NCBI GenBank assembly: GCA_038087875.1
Contig: CM075977.1
Span: forward strand, 29,264,001-29,328,000
Reading direction: 5' to 3'
Origin: Malacoraja senta
Taxonomy: Eukaryota
Length of the DNA: 64,000 nt
Part shown: positions 1 through 13,159 of the stretch, piece after piece
Numbering within the stretch: position 1 is the first letter of the stretch
How the letters are laid out: each line of letters opens with the position of its first letter
Position numbers and translations under genes: made by a program
Notes under the pieces: generated by a model
The model's input: the letters and a program-made list of their open reading frames with translations, nothing else
The model's database searches: none
What the model was told of the DNA's origin: nothing

Positions 1-489
1 AGAAATTGATAGATGTTTAGATCTAGTAATTGAATTTTGTAATTAGCTACAATTAGGTAACTAAATAATTATATGCTTTAATTTCAGGTCATCCAAGTAA
101 ATATTTGTTTCAGAATGCTTCAATCTATAATAACTGAAAATGTCATTCAGTTCTCTTAATTTTTAAGAAGGTTATGGGCTTTTGACTGTCCTTGATCACA
201 GCTTTTGTGTTAAGTCAATGTAAAAGCAATAGGGAACAAGATGCTAATTTCCAAGTATGAAAATGGCCATAACTTTTTTAATACTGAAGATATGAAAGTG
301 AATTAGGTGTCAAATTAAACTTATTTTTATGCTTTATCTGATGGGATAAATTGCAGACTTGATTTTTTAAATCTCAAAATTTTGTAACATTGCTACTGAT
401 AGTCGGCGCCGACTCGGTGGGCTGAAGAGCCTGTTTCCAACTTGCTGTATCTCTAAAAAAATAATTTAGAGATCATTGGCCAAGGATTC

Positions 490-1425
490 CTTGAAAATAG
501 TGGTGATACTGCAAGTTTTCAGGCAGACTTTGAAAATATCTTGAATCTTTTCCCTTGTCCATTTGGTCACCTCTGCCTCTGAAAAAGCTTGGTACAGTGT
601 CTACTTCAAGAATCAGGGCTGTCCATCAGAGTCGACTGAGTGTCATTAGGACCTCAGTGCTAGGTATATTGGCTTGGGAAAGGACGCTGAAGATGCATCA
701 CATCCTGCCAGTGGAGTTGGAGGATTTTGTGGAGACAACATTGGTAGCTTGCTGCAGGTTGTCCAACTCTCAGAAGCGTACTGGAGAGCATGCATCACTG
801 CTAGCCTGTAGATCATGAACATCACGTCAGGTTTGAGTCTTAACCTTCAAACATTGTTTTCCAAAATATGTGCGGCGCACTGAAGGTGATGGTGTAATTC
901 ATTTTCAATGGTTGTTCCCAATGAGAACTGACTGCCACATGTGGAAAGTGATCAATATTTTGCAGGAATTATTATGGACATTCAGGATTTGATGTTGCAC
1001 AGCAAGGCAGATTGGTAGAAGTCCTGTATTTTATTGATGTTGACTATACAACTATAATGAATGAGTCAAAGATGATTTTGAACTCAGCTCCAAGCATGCA
1101 AAATCACAAGTGTTGTCTGTGCACTGTAGCTCAACCATTGACCTTTGGGTGTTCTTGATTCTGGACTGGAGGTGAAATAGATGAACATTTTTCTATATGT
1201 CTGGTAAAGTGGTTTTAGTACCACTCCAATGGGAATCTTGTTGGGGATGAGGTATTTCAAACAACGAACTGAGAAAAGTGTTGCAGCAACCATACAGGTT
1301 TGCTTGACCCTGGTCTGCTCTGAGATTGGATCTGTTGTAGTCACAACAAGCAAACACAGGAACGAAACACATTTCTGTGGACAGCCAATTCTGAGGAGAC
1401 GCTCCACAGTCCCTCTCACTTGATG
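490..1425 (-). mobile_element. Degraded RTE-clade LINE fragment (RT C-terminal half)
   Basis: Minus-strand translation gives RTE-like pieces: RLLRIGCPQKCVSFL, TDPISEQTRVKQTCMVAATLFS (cf. TGVKQGCVIAPTLFS), NIDHFP, CLHKILQLHWQD..SVLSQANIPS. Many frameshifts and stops. Confidence 0.75.
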
Positions 1426-2199
1426 GAATCAAAAACTTTTACAGAGGTTAAAATAAAAAAAATAAATTAAAAAAAAACTTTTACAGAGTTTAAAAATGGC
1501 TTTGTATAATGTTGGGGATGCTGCCTGCATTCATTTTGGAGTTGTTCCATGTTAAGCAATGTATATTAAGAAACATTTTTGTGGTCTCAAGATGACAGCC
1601 ACCCTCACCTCCTGGCTGGGTACAATACCACAATACTAATGGTGGTGGGACCAAAGCCAGGAGCATGGATGGGAAAGGGGAATTGCAGCACAGATTCCCT
1701 TGAGGGCCTGAATGCGGTCAGCATTGTAGATCATATGAGCAAGCAATCACTCGCTATTAATAACAAAATTAGCATTGGGGAGATTGCAAGTTTAGCATTG
1801 ATGTTCGAGGAAGCAATATTATTTCAGAGTTCTATTTTGTAAATTGATGGTTAGCTTGGACTCAATGGGTTGATGGGCTTGATTTGGTGACTTTATGACT
1901 ATGAAAATGCCACTACTTGGGTTTAGAAGAAATAATATGATGATCAGCAAGACAACTACTGTCCGTGTCTCAGAATGGGTCAACTAGTTTGTTGCATATA
2001 AAACCATCACCAGCAGATCTCTCAAGTCGTATCACTGGGCTGGAGGGGTTTCCTTTAAGATGGCCAAATATTTAATCTCTTGAATAGCAACATGAAAAAT
2101 AGGAACAGGAGAAATCTTCATGTTGCCTGGAGCCTTTGCAGCCCGCAAATAAAATCATTGCTGAACTTAATAGCCCTTCCATAGTGAGTCATAATTTTC

Positions 2200-2403
2200 T
2201 GATCCCTGTCTTCACCTGCCAATCAACCCTTACTCACTTGGATCCACTTATCACTTGCTAGTTCTTGTCCCATCCCTTCCCCTCTTCTCTTTCTACCAGC
2301 TATCTCCTGGCTACTTCATCAGTCTGAAGAAGGGACCTGACCCAAAATGTTGTCTACCCAGCATCTCCATAGATGCTGTCTGACCTGCTGAGTTCCTCCA
2401 GCA
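2200..2403 (+). mobile_element. Penelope-like terminal repeat fragment with degenerate hammerhead motif
   Basis: gtctgaagaagggacctgacccaaaatgttg at 2322-2352, followed by the family body gatgctgtctgacctgctgagttcctccagca. Confidence 0.6.
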
Positions 2404-2751
2404 GAAGGTTGAAAGCATGCACCACCAACCTCAGGAACAGCTCCTTCCCCTCTGTTATCAGGCTTCTGGATGATCCTTCTATAAGATAGGGCACTGTCTG
2501 ATTCACCCCTACCCCATTGAGGACATTGGACTTTGTAAATGGAACTGATACGTTTCAATGCGTTGAAATGCTGAGAACTATATTCTACACTGTATCTTCC
2601 CCTTTTGATCTATCTGTTGTACTTGACTTTGATTGTATTTTTGTATAGTCTAATCTGGTCTGATTGCATAGCATGCAAAACAAAGCTTTACACCAAGCGA
2701 TGTTTGAAAGCTTCAAGTTCCTATGAGTAAATATATGCATGCATTTATACA

Positions 2752-3466
2752 TATATTTAGATGGACAAGGGTTGATTTGGGATAGTCATGAGAGATAATC
2801 TCTCGTCTGATTTCTTTGAAGGTGTGACTAAAAATGTTGATGATAGCAGAGATAAACATTGTTTAAACAGATTTAAGCAAGGCATATGACAAGATTCCAC
2901 ATGGCAGGCTACTCTGGAAGGTTAGAGTGCATGGAATCCAAGGAGAGATCGTTGATCGGATAGCAAATTGGCTTCATAAAAGGAAGCAGAGGGTGATGGT
3001 TGCTTTTCAGACTGGAGACCTGTGACGAGTAATGTGCCTCAGGGTTCAGAGCTGTTGCTGTTTGTCATCTATATCAATGATTTGGATGAGAATGTACAAG
3101 GCATGATTAGCAAGTTTGCAGATGATACAAAAGTCAGTGGTATTGTAGTGAAGATGGTCATCAAAAATTGCAGCAGGATCTTGATCGGTTGGGCAGGTGG
3201 GTTGAGGAATGATCGATGGAACTTAATACAGTCTTTTGCCTAGAGTAGGAGAATCAAGAACATGAGGACATATGGAATGAGCCTCCGGATGTGGTAGTTG
3301 AGGCAAATACTATCATAACATTTAAGAAACAATTGAATAGGTACATGGATATGACAGGTTTAGAGGGTTATGGGGCAGGTGAGACTAGTGTAGATAGGAC
3401 ATGTTGGTTGGCGTGGGCAAGTTGGGATAAAGGGCCTGTTTCCAACGCGGTATGATTCTATGACTA
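2752..3466 (+). mobile_element. Degraded CR1 LINE (RT remnant + 3'UTR)
   Basis: ORF 3022-3243: [36 protein letters not shown] (CR1 RT motifs). CR1-type 3' end aagggcctgtttcc...tgattctatgact. Confidence 0.85.
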
Positions 3467-4143
3467 TAAATATCACCCGCAACTTGTCCTAGACCAAGAA
3501 AGCACTCCAATGCCTCTACTTCCTAAGAAAGCTTAGGAAGTTTGGCATGTTCCCAACAACTCTCAGCACCTTCCACTGATGCGCCATAGAAAGCATTTTA
3601 TCGGGATGCATCATAGGTCCATCCAAAACTTCAAGAAATTCCAGAGATATGTGGACAAAGCAAAGACCATTACGCAAACCAACCTCCCTTCCACTGACTC
3701 TATGTACACTTCACACTGCCTCGGCAAGGCTAGCAGCATAATCAAGGACGAATTTCACCCTGGACACACTCCCTCTTCTCCCCTCTCCCCTCATGCAAGT
3801 GGTACACGTAACTCTAAGTTCAAGGACAGTTTCTTCTCAGATGTTAGCAGGCAACTGAACCATCCTATCACCAGCTTGAGAGCAGTCCTGAACTATCATC
3901 TATCTCATTAGAGATTATCTTTATATAACTTTACTGGACTTTATATTGCATTAAACATTATTCACTTCATCCTGTATCTGTATACTGCGGATAGCTTGGT
4001 ACAAAATTGGCTGGTATTGTATAGTGAAAATGGTCATCAAAAATTATTATCCTGCATAGTCTTTCCACTGTCTGGATAGCAAGCAACAAAAACAACTTTT
4101 CACTATACCTCAGTATATGTGACAATGAACTAATCTAAACTAA
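3467..4143 (+). mobile_element. Rex1/Babar-like LINE 3' fragment
   Basis: KKALQCLYFLRKLRKFGM and QRYVDKAKTITQTNLPSTDS motifs; (aactaa)-type tail. Homologous to copies at 34329 and 42625. Confidence 0.7.
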
Positions 4144-4144
4144 A

Positions 4145-5247
4145 GGGGCGGCACGGTGACGCAGCAGTAGAGTTGCTCCCTTATGGGCCTGTCCCACTTA
4201 GGCAATTTTTTCATCGGACTGCCGGCGACTGTCAAGTCGCCTGAAAAACCGGCAACTGGAACGGCGACTGTCAGAGTGGACACACACATACACAAACACA
4301 TCGCTTCCTTCACCATCCCGTTATGCAGGTGGGGGACTGGGCAAGCAGGGGGAGCGCTGCCTAAAAAATGAACATGGTGCAAAACTAAGGTGAAACACAC
4401 ACACCGTGATGAACAGGAAGGTTGGCGCTGTAAAAAGACGGCTAAAGCACAGTGTACAGTAAGTCCTTTAAAAGAGGGGAGGGGGGGGGGGGAGAAGGGG
4501 GGAGAATGAGTGGAGACAACTTTTAAGAAGCCAGAGATACACAGCTGTGAAGCTCGGCAGACATTTAACATTACTGGTCGGTTATCCTTGGTTCTGAAAA
4601 CTACTGCTCACCTTTTTTTTCTCCCAATGAGCCAATGAAATTCACCGGTCAGCACCGACTACAACCTACGAGAATCTCCGAGAACCTTCGACCTCCTGGC
4701 AACCCACTAGGACCTCCTGGCGACCCACCTATGGCTCGAGAATCCTCGCTACTCTCCATGGCGGCTTCATTCTAGTCGCCGCTAATTTTTCAACATGTAG
4801 AAAAATTTACGGCAACCATAATGAAGCCGTGATTAGCTACCAGAATGCGGGAACTCCTCACGACCATGAAGGCGACTCCCTGGAAACCACCCGCGAACAT
4901 GTGGCGACCATGTGGCGACTGCATAGTCTCCTGCAGTCGCCTAAAAAGTCGCCTACGTGGGTCAGGCCCATTACAGAGCCAGAGACTCAAGTTGATTCCT
5001 GACTATGGGTGTTGTCTGTATGGAATTTAGACATTCTCCCTGTGACCACGTAGGTTTTCTCCGGGAGCTCCAGTTTCCTCCCACACTCCAAAAACGTGTA
5101 GGTTTGTAGGTTAATTGGCTTCGGTAAAGATTGTAAATTTTCCCTAGCGTGTAGGATAGTGTTACTGTACAGGGATCGCTGGTCGGTGCGGACCCGATGG
5201 GCCGAAGGGCCCGCTTCCACACTGTATCTCTAAACTCTAAACTAAAC
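4145..5247 (+). mobile_element. HE1/V-SINE-type tRNA-derived SINE, split by a MITE
   Basis: Head ggggcggcacggtgacgcagcag (box A-like) at 4145-4183; body resumes at 4971; tail gggccgaagggcc...ctaaactaaa shared with CR1 3' ends. Confidence 0.85.
4184..4970. mobile_element. PIF/Harbinger-type MITE (787 bp)
   Basis: TIRs tgggcctgtcccacttaggc / gcctacgtgggtcaggccca; TTA TSD at 4181-4183 and 4971-4973; interrupts a SINE cleanly; no recognisable coding capacity. Confidence 0.85.
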
Positions 5248-6403
5248 ACATAAACTTAAAAGCAAAACCAAATTGTATTCACGGCACGGACTAGAAGGGT
5301 CGAGATGGCCTGTTTCCGTGCTGTAATTGTTATATGGTTATATGGTTATTCATGTCCTGTCTTAAATACACTGGTCAACTGAACAGTAGCCAAGGAAATA
5401 TCTTTGTAGCTTAGTCAAAATGGCTAACCCTTTATCCTGATGAAATGAATACTGTTTGTACCTTCTCCAGCCAGTAAAAATGACCCTCAGCATCTATTGC
5501 TCAACCACAACCTGTGAAAATGTATACATGGGTTTGGAGTGCTTCAAAGAGATGACCTGAAACTCGGGCTTTTCATTTTAGAATAATTTGTTTCATGTTC
5601 GCACAAATCAAACCTGAACAAGTTTACATCCACATTACCTTACAATGCTGCAGCCCTGAATTAATTAGCATTAGGTAAATAAATTGGATTTATTGATATC
5701 TCCAGGGGAAGCAGGTCCTTTTACCACACATCATTACCGTCTCAAGGGAGTGGCTACTAACTTCTGTTTGGCATGATTGTTCCAAATGAGAGCCTCAGGA
5801 GGGTTCTCTCTCCAGCAACAAATGGTCTGAGGCACAGAGAAGGAAGGCATGAAAATAAACTTGCAGATATAGTACAGAATGTAGTGGTGATGTTATCAAT
5901 CTGGTAATCTAGATACCTCAACCAAAGATCTAGGGACCCTTTTTTGACCCGGCCCTGTTTTGTCCTAAAGGAGGGTTTTGACCCAAAACATCACCTATTC
6001 CTTTTCTCCAGAGATGCTGCCTGACCCAATGAGTTACTCCAACACTTTGTGCCTATCTAGCGACTCTGCAGGAATATTTAACTAAAATTAGTTTAATTCA
6101 AGTAAATATATCCAGGATTGGTAATGTGGGGGAAATATAAAAATGGGCAGAGGACATTAGTGCATCAAGTAGGGTTTACAGCAACCTGGCAATTTTTCCA
6201 ATGGGGCAACATTTTCCAGTACACAAATACCATATCTCATTTTTTCCTCAAACATATGGATGTCACTGAGTTTCATTCCACAGAGAATGGTCACTTTGTT
6301 TGGGAATCTATGCTCCCCGGGCACATGGTATTAATTAACTGCATAACCAAGCTGTAAGCCAACATCGGCATGTCTACCCCATCTAACAGGAATCACAGGA
6401 TCA

Positions 6404-6612
6404 TCGTTTGTACGTTCTCCCCGTGACCGAGTGGGTTTTCTCCGAGATCTTCTGTTTCCTCCCATACTCCAAAGATGTACAGGTTTGTAGGTTAATTGGC
6501 CTTACAAATGTAAAATTGTCCCTTGTGGGTGTAGGATAGTGTTAATGTGCGGGGAATCGCTGGTCAGCGTGGACTCGGTAGGCCAAAGGGCCTGTTTCCG
6601 GGCTATATCTGA
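6404..6612 (+). mobile_element. 5'-truncated HE1-type SINE
   Basis: Matches the central and 3' parts of other SINE copies in the window. Confidence 0.8.
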
Positions 6613-6682
6613 AATATTCAGGAGTGGGAGACTTTACCAATGTTTTGCTCCCTACCCAAGGCTTGTGGTGATGTTCATATTA

Positions 6683-6772
6683 TGGAGGTACACAAAAATG
6701 CTGGAGAAACTCAGCGGGTGCAGCAGCATCTATGGAGTAAAGGAAATAGGCAACGTTTCGGGCCGAAACCCA
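6683..6772 (-). mobile_element. Penelope-like terminal module fragment (UUCG stem subfamily)
   Basis: Reverse complement gggtttcggcccgaaacgttgcctatttcc... is near-identical to the corresponding part of 24389-24518. Confidence 0.65.
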
Positions 6773-7560
6773 TCTCATATTATGGAGACTGAGAAAGACA
6801 GGTTCTAACCTTTGCCCTGATGCCACCAACGAGTAGAAACAACAATATTGAATTGTCTTGTGTTGTTTCTTTGTCAAAGTGCCGCTTAACCACAGTAAAA
6901 TGTTAAACAACTGTTCTCACACTCTGCTTTAGCCATTGTTCGTGCAACGACAAGGCACAGCCTGTATTAAGGACTGATGTTCTTTGAAATGGAAATTGAA
7001 GGCAACCATGAATGAAAATTCTGAGAGATTAATGGAATGTGGCATGTGAATAGTTTGTAAAAATATCACTGTGTACAGACAGATTTTCAAATGAATAACC
7101 TATGTAATTGGGTTTACTATTTTTATTTTCCTCTCGGCCTGATTTGAAAGAGAGACTGAGTCCAATATGCCAGACTAATTTCACAGTTGTGCAGGCGGAC
7201 TGAATTGTTGTCACAAAGCCTCCCGCCTTAGGCTCCATTTTGGATGTTTGGGCTGTAAATATATGCACAAACTATTCCTGGTGTCTGCTCCTCTCCCAGA
7301 CATGACCTGCATTGCCATATGACCTGCATTTACTTCTTTACAAATAATTCTTTTCCTGAAGCACTAACCAGGAAATTCTCACAAAATGGGTAAAAGTTTC
7401 ATTTCCAATTATTTAGTTCTATTTGAGTTCAACATCCAACTCCAGATTAAGAATCACCAAGCTGCCTTTGGTTTTCATATGTCGCAGCTTCTTGGTGGGC
7501 TTTTTTTTTCACTCATCCCCTTAATCTTTGAGCATTAATACAATACTCCCCCCCCCCATC

Positions 7561-7697
7561 TTCTTCTTGCGTATGGCGTGCACAGCATAACGTTGTAGGA
7601 CAACTTGTTCTATTTGAACTTATTTGATTGTGCACGCCGGGTTGATTGCATTTGTCAAAACAGGGCGGACCACGTGAAGGTTGCAATCTTCCACCCC
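7561..7697 (-). mobile_element. Short retroposed insertion with (gaa)n tail, unclassified
   Basis: ttcttctt tail; flanked by cccccatc direct repeats (ending 7560 and 7709). Confidence 0.45.
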
Positions 7698-7708
7698 GCT
7701 GCCCCCAT

Positions 7709-8642
7709 CAGGCATGGAAAATATGGAGGGGACCGGGGGTCAGGGGGGATACAATTTCTTTGTGGCCGCGCGCACTTGCGCACACTCACACATACACGCG
7801 AGGCTTCGCAGGCTTAATTCAGCGCTAAATGCAGCTCAACTCTGCCTGTCTCGCGGGGTTAACCTACAGCCCTGCCTGGACTGACGGGACACCAGCGCTG
7901 CTTCTCCACGCTGGCTGTAAACCTGGGCCATATTTCCCGTAAGTCCAGGCAGGGCTGTAGGTTAACCTGGCGGGACAGGCAGTTTTTTAATTATTTTTAT
8001 TAGTAGTACGGTAAATTACAGTAATACACAACACATATATCTTAATACATTTATTGGAGAGAGAATAATCGCTCCTATATTACTCAGACAAGCAGAGTTG
8101 AGCTGGGTTTAGCGCTGCTTCTCCGTGCTGGCTGTGGGCCTGGGGGCTCAGGTCACGTCTGACTCCCGACGTCTCTGGCCACCCCTGGGGGAGCACTCAG
8201 GTGGCGACGGGGATGGTCCAGTGGCGGTTCGGCAGCGATTGCAGCGCCGGAGACCGGGATCGATCCTGGCTGCGGATGAGGCGCAGGTCTGTGTCCAGGG
8301 CTGCCCAGAGTGTTTTGGCACGTCTCCCCCCTCCAATCACCGCGCTCTATCCTCAGTCCCACCCACCCTACTTGCGCCTCTGACCGACGCTTCCCTCCTC
8401 CAATGATCGTGCTGAATCATCATGCCCCGCCCCCATTATCCGACGTCTCTCTCGTCCAATCGGCGCCCTCGACCAGCATTCCCACCCCCCACTGTCTCGC
8501 GGAAAGCGGAGATTTCACCGGGTTTTAAAATCCAGATTACAAAAAATGGGGGGGGGGGGGGGGGGTTGTCCCCCACCTCTCAAAACAGGGGGGGGGGGGG
8601 ACGTGTCACCCCTGACCCCCCCCCCCGGGATTTCTGCCCCAG
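7709..8642. mobile_element. GC-rich non-autonomous DNA transposon candidate (hAT-like)
   Basis: Imperfect TIRs caggcatggaaaat / atttctgccccag; 8-bp near-TSD gcccccat / ccccccat; G/C-run subtermini; internal inverted repeats. Confidence 0.45.
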
Positions 8643-9651
8643 CCCCCCATGGTACAGAGTTGCTAAGCAATTAATGGAAGGATAGCCATGCTGTCCTACA
8701 ATTCCTGCCTAATGCTTCCTACTAGGCCCAATTGGTTCTTTGACGATTTCTCCATTAAAAAGATCCTTGAGCAATCTGGTGGAATAAAATAAAATTTAAA
8801 CTCATAAAACAGAAAATAAAACTCTAAGGCTTATCAACACACTCACGTTTAATAGTTGTGGCAAGTTTAAGCAGTGCATGGTAAATATGCAGGAAAACAT
8901 CCTCATGCACTTCTGGGCTCAATCCTCCTGACATTAAATGTCTTCCCTTGTCCAATGCATCAGTGAGGATATCTGAACTACCAGCATGCAAGTCATTTGG
9001 TAGTCTTGCACTAGGATACCCAGATTAGCACACTATGGCTTTAAACCAACCACCATCTGGAGCTCTGAGATGCAGCGGAGTGTGGGTGCAAAAGACTTGC
9101 ATGCAGGTACAATAAATAATTGCGAAAGCCTCACTGATGCGTTGGACAACAGAAAAAAAAAACTTTTATTGTAAGGAGGATTGAGAACTAAAGTTAGGGA
9201 GGGTATGTTTCAATTATCCAGGATATTGGTGAGGCCACAATTGGATTCTTATGACACGGTTGGTGTCTTATTTAAGGAAGAATATTAGCACAGTGGAAGC
9301 AGTTCAGAGAATGTTTACTGGTCTAATTAACTAGAAGGGGTGGAATGCAAAATTGTTCAGGCTGTGGTTGTATCTGCTAGAGTTTAGAAGAGTGAGAGCA
9401 AATGATATTGAAACATCCAAAATCCTTGAGATCTTGACAGGACATTTGTGGAGATGGGGTTTCTTTTCGTGAGAAATCCAGGACTACAAGCCCCAATTTT
9501 AAAATGTGGGGTGGGCCATGTTAGATAGAGATGAGGTGAGTTATTCTAGAGTAATGGAGTCATACAGCCTGAAAACAGGGACTTCAGCCCAAATTTCGCA
9601 CACCGACCAACATGCCCCATCTGCACTAGTCCCACCTGCCTGCATTTGGCC

Positions 9652-9874
9652 CAAGAGAGACACAAAAAGCTGGAGTAACTCAGCGAAACAGGTAGCATCT
9701 ATGGAGAGAAGGAATGGGTGATGTTTCGGCTCAAGACCCTTCTTCAGTCTGAAGAAGGGTCTCGACCAGAAACGTCACCCATTCCTTCTCTCCAGAGATG
9801 CTGCCTGTCCCGCTGAGTTACTCCAGCTTTTTGTGTCTATCTTTGGTTTAAACCAGCATCTGCAGTATCTTCCT
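9652..9874. mobile_element. Penelope-like inverted terminal-repeat unit with hammerhead motifs on both strands
   Basis: About 90-bp inverted arms centred on cttcag-t-ctgaag (9742-9754); 12-bp TSD ctgcatttggcc at 9640-9651 and 9875-9886. Confidence 0.75.
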
Positions 9875-10338
9875 CTGCATTTGGCCTCAGTGTCTTAGGA
9901 AATCTATTCTTGAAAGGGCTGGGGAAGAGTCTTTGAATATTTCTTTTTAGGCAGAGGTAAAAAGATACTTGATTATCAAAGGGTGCGGGGAGTGTGCTGA
10001 AAGGTTACAAAGAAGTTGGGGGGTGGGAGTTAGGGTCGCAATGAGATCAGTCAATGTTGGAATTGGCTTGAAACACTGGTTCATGAGGGAATGCCTTCCA
10101 CCTTCCTGCCTGAGATCCTGAGGACTACCTGAGCTCTCAGGGAGCTCCCTGCTTGGACAACGCCAGCCTTCACCGAGTTCCCCCAGGCTAAATCAACAAA
10201 TTCATTTTTCCAGTTCCTGTTTCCTCCGATGCTTATCAAAAATTCGGGAGTGTGTGCTGCCCTTGGTTTGCAATCCACTTAATGATCCCTGTAGTGTGAG
10301 GTCTAATCTTAACAACCCCCCACTGCTTTCCTACCGTG

Positions 10339-11205
10339 CTCATGCATATACAGACACACACCACACACTTGTGCTCACAAATATACACATATGCACGTCA
10401 CACACATATACCCACACTACTCATATATACATCCACACACATATATAACCATATAACCATATAACCATTACAGCACGGAAACAGGCCATCTCGGCCCTTC
10501 AAGCTGTGCCGAACACTTTTTATTTTTTTTATTTTTAAATTTTATTTTTTATTATAATTATTTTTTTTAACTTCCCCCTAGTCCCATCTACCTGCACTCA
10601 GACCATAACCCTCCATTCCTTTCCCGTCCATATACCCATCCAATCTATTTTTAAAGGATAAAATCGAACCTGCCTCCACCACTTCCACTGGAAGCTCATT
10701 CCACACAGCTACCACTCTCTGAGTAAAGAAGTTCCCCCTAATGTTACCATATACCATTCTAACACACTCATAAATGCACAGACACATGTACACACTCACG
10801 AACATGTTCATATCGACACTCACACACATTTGCCACCCTGACACGTGCACACATTTATACACACACATGCATGTATATATGTCCACACTCATCTGCCACT
10901 CTGACACATACAAACTCACACACGCAGGCACACGACACACACTGAAGCATGCACACCACACTCTCAAATACACACACGTACACATGCACAAACACGCATA
11001 CCATACACTTGTATTGCCACACAGGCACGGCACAGATAGATTTGCAAACACACACATTTGCAAACCACACATGCTCATATGCAAACATGCACATGTATAC
11101 ATACATGCAAGCACACACATACAGAACCACACATTCTCACACACACACACTCACACACACTCTCTCACACACACAGGCACACACATACATAGACACACAC
11201 ACACT
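10339..11205. repeat. Degenerate (CA)n-rich low-complexity tract
   Basis: Long cacacacat-type degenerate repeat; accounts for the His/Thr- and Cys/Val-rich spurious ORFs. Confidence 0.9.
10446..10748 (-). mobile_element. CR1 3' fragment with (atataacc)n tail, interrupted by an A/T-rich tail insertion at about 10517-10570
   Basis: NIRGNFFTQRVVAVWNELPVEVVEAG... CR1 ORF2 C-terminus; same tail family as 5284-5349. Confidence 0.85.
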
Positions 11206-11904
11206 TTGCTTTCCCCAGCATTCCACTGTATCAGCTGATGGCATTTGTCCTTTTGCAATGTCACTGTGCAAGCTTGTGTGAGTACACCTCAGGTCACGCC
11301 CAAGATATAAGACCCCTACAATTCCAAGCAACAGAATTATAACAGTGCTTAACCAGGCGCGTGTTTCTGAAAGATAAACAGAGATCACAGCAAGGAACAA
11401 GTACATTCACAATTGAAGACAAAATGCTCATAGATATCTATTCAAGAGGAACTACAAGCTGCACTCAACAGGAAAATGAGATAATCTTCCACAAAACTGA
11501 CTTTGTTTACAAGAATCTGATCTTCTCTGAAATTTGTTGGGATGATACCTCTGAGGCCTCTTGTAGTGCTTGGGCAGGCCTGAAGACTGATGGATTAAAT
11601 TCCAGCCCAGGCTGAAGAGAAAATCCATTCCGGCAGAACATTGCTTGATCGCCTTCACGGAGACGTGCATCCTGTATCTGCGTACCTGTGCATATGCATC
11701 GGCCTGCGTGCCTGCATGTGTGCCCATGTGGCGAGTGAATAAAGGAGAAGTACAAATTAGCTTCCCCAAAGCAACAATGGAGAAATCCACACTTCCCACT
11801 CCCGCATATACCAGAGAACATTAATGCTGGACAAACCAACCTGTGCATATAAGAGGGATTGTCCCTGCTGCAGCCTCTGTGACTTCTGCTGCCACCCTTC
11901 AGTG

Positions 11905-12126
11905 TCACCCCTTCTTGTTTTAATCTCTGGCCTATGTTCCAACCATCTGCCCATCATAAACCCCACACCTTGTATCCACCCATTACCTGCCATTCCTGCC
12001 TCCCCCTCACAGATTCCCCCCCCCCCCACACAACTAGTCTGAAGGTTTCAAACCCCAAATGTCACCTATCCATGTTCACCAGAGATGCTGCCAAACCTAC
12101 TGAGATGTTCAAGCATATTGTGTCCT
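11905..12126 (+). mobile_element. Penelope-like 3' fragment with decayed hammerhead motif
   Basis: Pyrimidine-rich leader, then gtctgaagg...aaatgtcacctatcc...agagatgctgcc. Confidence 0.55.
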
Positions 12127-12536
12127 TCCCTGCTTCATTTGCTTCATTGAAAACATATTCTTCCAAGGCTGTGTGTATGTTTTTGATCTCCTTCAACATT
12201 AACACTTACACCACTCAACAGTTAGGGACCATCTTCACTGCACAACTGGAGGGAGTGAGCCAGCGTGAAGAAGTAGACTGTTATATCACACATGACCATA
12301 CAATCACTATTTAGTAGGGCAGGATATGACGGATTCAAGAGAATCAAGTGTGTTTAATTGCGATATGTACTGACAACGGAACACTGAAATTCTTGCTTGG
12401 TGCAGCTTAACCGGCTGTAAACACAATAATACACCGATAATATATAATAATCAAAAATATAATAAATTAATAACTATAATACTAGATAGTGCAACCACAG
12501 ATAGAGTCCATAGAAGGGTGTTGAAATTTGTGGTCA

Positions 12537-13159
12537 AAATGTGTTTCAAAAGAAACTAATGGACTATGGGTTAATAACTGGAAAAAAGCTAATTCTAAAA
12601 TTTTGGAAGAAGGCTCCAATACCAACTATAAATATGTGGATTTCAAATATGTTTGAAACATTACACCGAGAAGAGATAAGACTCCTCCTGGCAGGTAAAC
12701 CAGATCATTTCCACCTGACGTGGTCTGCATTTATAGAATTATTGCAAACATAGGGTGCAAAAGTACTTAAAAAAAAAAAAATTGAGGTCAGGTAAGGGCG
12801 GATGATAGTTGAAGAGTTGGTATGTCCCATTTACGTAATGCTCATAAAAATATTTGTTTCTCTCTTTTTCCTCTTTCTCTCTTTCTTTCTTTCCTAGGGT
12901 CTATTTCTTAACTCTTTTTCTTTTGTTTTTAATTTTGCTCTTATAGGGTCTTCGTCCTTTTTTGTTGTCACATTTCCTACACTTTCACTTTTTCCTTCAC
13001 TTTCTTCTTTCTTTCAATCTTTTCCTTTTCTAGTGTAAAAAATAAATGGAGTACATTAATTGTAAGAAGATATAAATGACGAGTACTAATGTATGTGGTT
13101 GTAATGTAATGTACTTCTAATAAAATACAAATTTAAAAATAAATAAATTTAAAAAAAAA
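12537..13159 (+). mobile_element. 5'-truncated L1-clade LINE (ORF2 C-terminus, 3'UTR, poly-A)
   Basis: KKLILKFWKKAPIPTINMWISNMFETLHREEIR...TWSAFIELL resembles the fish L1 ORF2 end; aataaa plus A-tail; 14-bp TSD gaaatttgtggtca at 12523-12536 and 13160-13173. Confidence 0.8.

Noticed and set aside
1-395. AT-rich segment abutting a SINE 3' fragment; probably the end of an interspersed repeat
   Set aside because: Its left end is outside the window and there is no second copy, so it cannot be classified.
10578-11281. His-rich and Cys/Val-rich ORFs
   Set aside because: Translations of degenerate (CA)n sequence plus a CR1 fragment.
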